From NCBI RefSeq assembly GCF_006345805.1, contig NC_042997.1, positions 36,828,001 through 36,892,000 of the forward strand: a stretch of 64,000 nucleotides of DNA, given 5' to 3'. The position numbers and the translations under genes are program-made. The stretch comes from Octopus sinensis. Its lineage: Eukaryota. The notes under the pieces were generated by a model that did not search any database, had not been told where the DNA came from, and saw only the letters and a program-made list of their open reading frames with translations. This document shows, piece by piece, positions 63,435 to 64,000 of the stretch (position 1 is its first letter; each line of letters begins with the position of its first letter).

Positions 63435-63962
63435 TAGTTTTATTTTTATAGCGTGCTTTCACTTCACTACCGAGCGCAGCTCTGTGTGCCTTGGGTATGT
63501 GCTGTGATTTGTTGTGATGCTCTGATGGTTATTGTATGGAAAGTGTTCTGCGTAGGATGTGTGCAGTGCCTAGTAGTGCAATTTTCTGTATAATATATGT
63601 GTTTGTAAGTCCTGGTGTTTTTGTTATGTATTTGTCTGAATATTTTTTTATCATGCCTAATGCACCTACTATGATAGGAATTGTTTCTGTTTTCAGATTC
63701 CACATTCTAGTTACCTCTATTTCCAGGTCTTTGTATTTTGAGAGTTTCTCCATTTCTTTTAGAGACACGTTGTCATCTGCCGGTATTGATACATCAATAA
63801 GAAAGCATTTTTTTTCTTCATGATCTCTGTCAACTATATCTGGTCTGTTGGCCTTAATTTCTCTATCTGTGTGTATCGGCATATCCCAGAGTATGGTTGC
63901 TTTCTCGTTTTCTGTAACCTTTTCTGGTGTGTGCCTATACCATCTTTTTTCTGTTGTTATTC

Positions 63963-63964
<2 letters not shown>
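63431..63964 (-). mobile_element. 5'-truncated R4/Dong copy of a second subfamily, flanked by (TAA)n on both sides
   Basis: ILWDMPIHTDREIKANRPDIV..LIDVSIP..KYKDLEIEV..GALG..ILRRTLSIQ*; TAA repeats at 63400-63430 and 63964-64000. Confidence 0.9.

Positions 63965-64000
<36 letters not shown>

Overview
Eukaryotic, AT-rich, repeat-dominated DNA with no intact host gene, rRNA, true tRNA or CRISPR array that I can support. The SINE families and (TA)n/(GATA)n/(TAA)n microsatellite load look like a cephalopod (Octopus-like) genome; this is inferred from recalled repeat families, not from a database search. Transposons: two Neptune-type Penelope-like elements (PLEs) plus many solo PLE terminal repeats, a decayed Gypsy LTR element, a near-intact and a 5'-truncated R4/Dong-type site-specific LINE in (TAA)n, three Tc1/mariner remnants, CR1-like, RTE-like and L1/Tx1-like fragments, three tRNA-derived SINE families and a 585-bp higher-order tandem array. 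The most striking unannotated signal is self-cleaving RNA. By hand I find 8 type I hammerhead ribozyme motifs with a canonical core, 4 with a variant core and 2 decayed ones. One sits in a 1.4-mer of a ~359-bp structured non-coding unit (16658-17223) that looks like a metazoan retrozyme copied from a circular RNA. Others form an inverted pair (20724-21424) and a tandem pair (33090-33790). A decayed intronless ionotropic-receptor-like reading frame may lie at 35090-36290 (weak, hand-aligned). All folds, alignments and identities were judged by eye.
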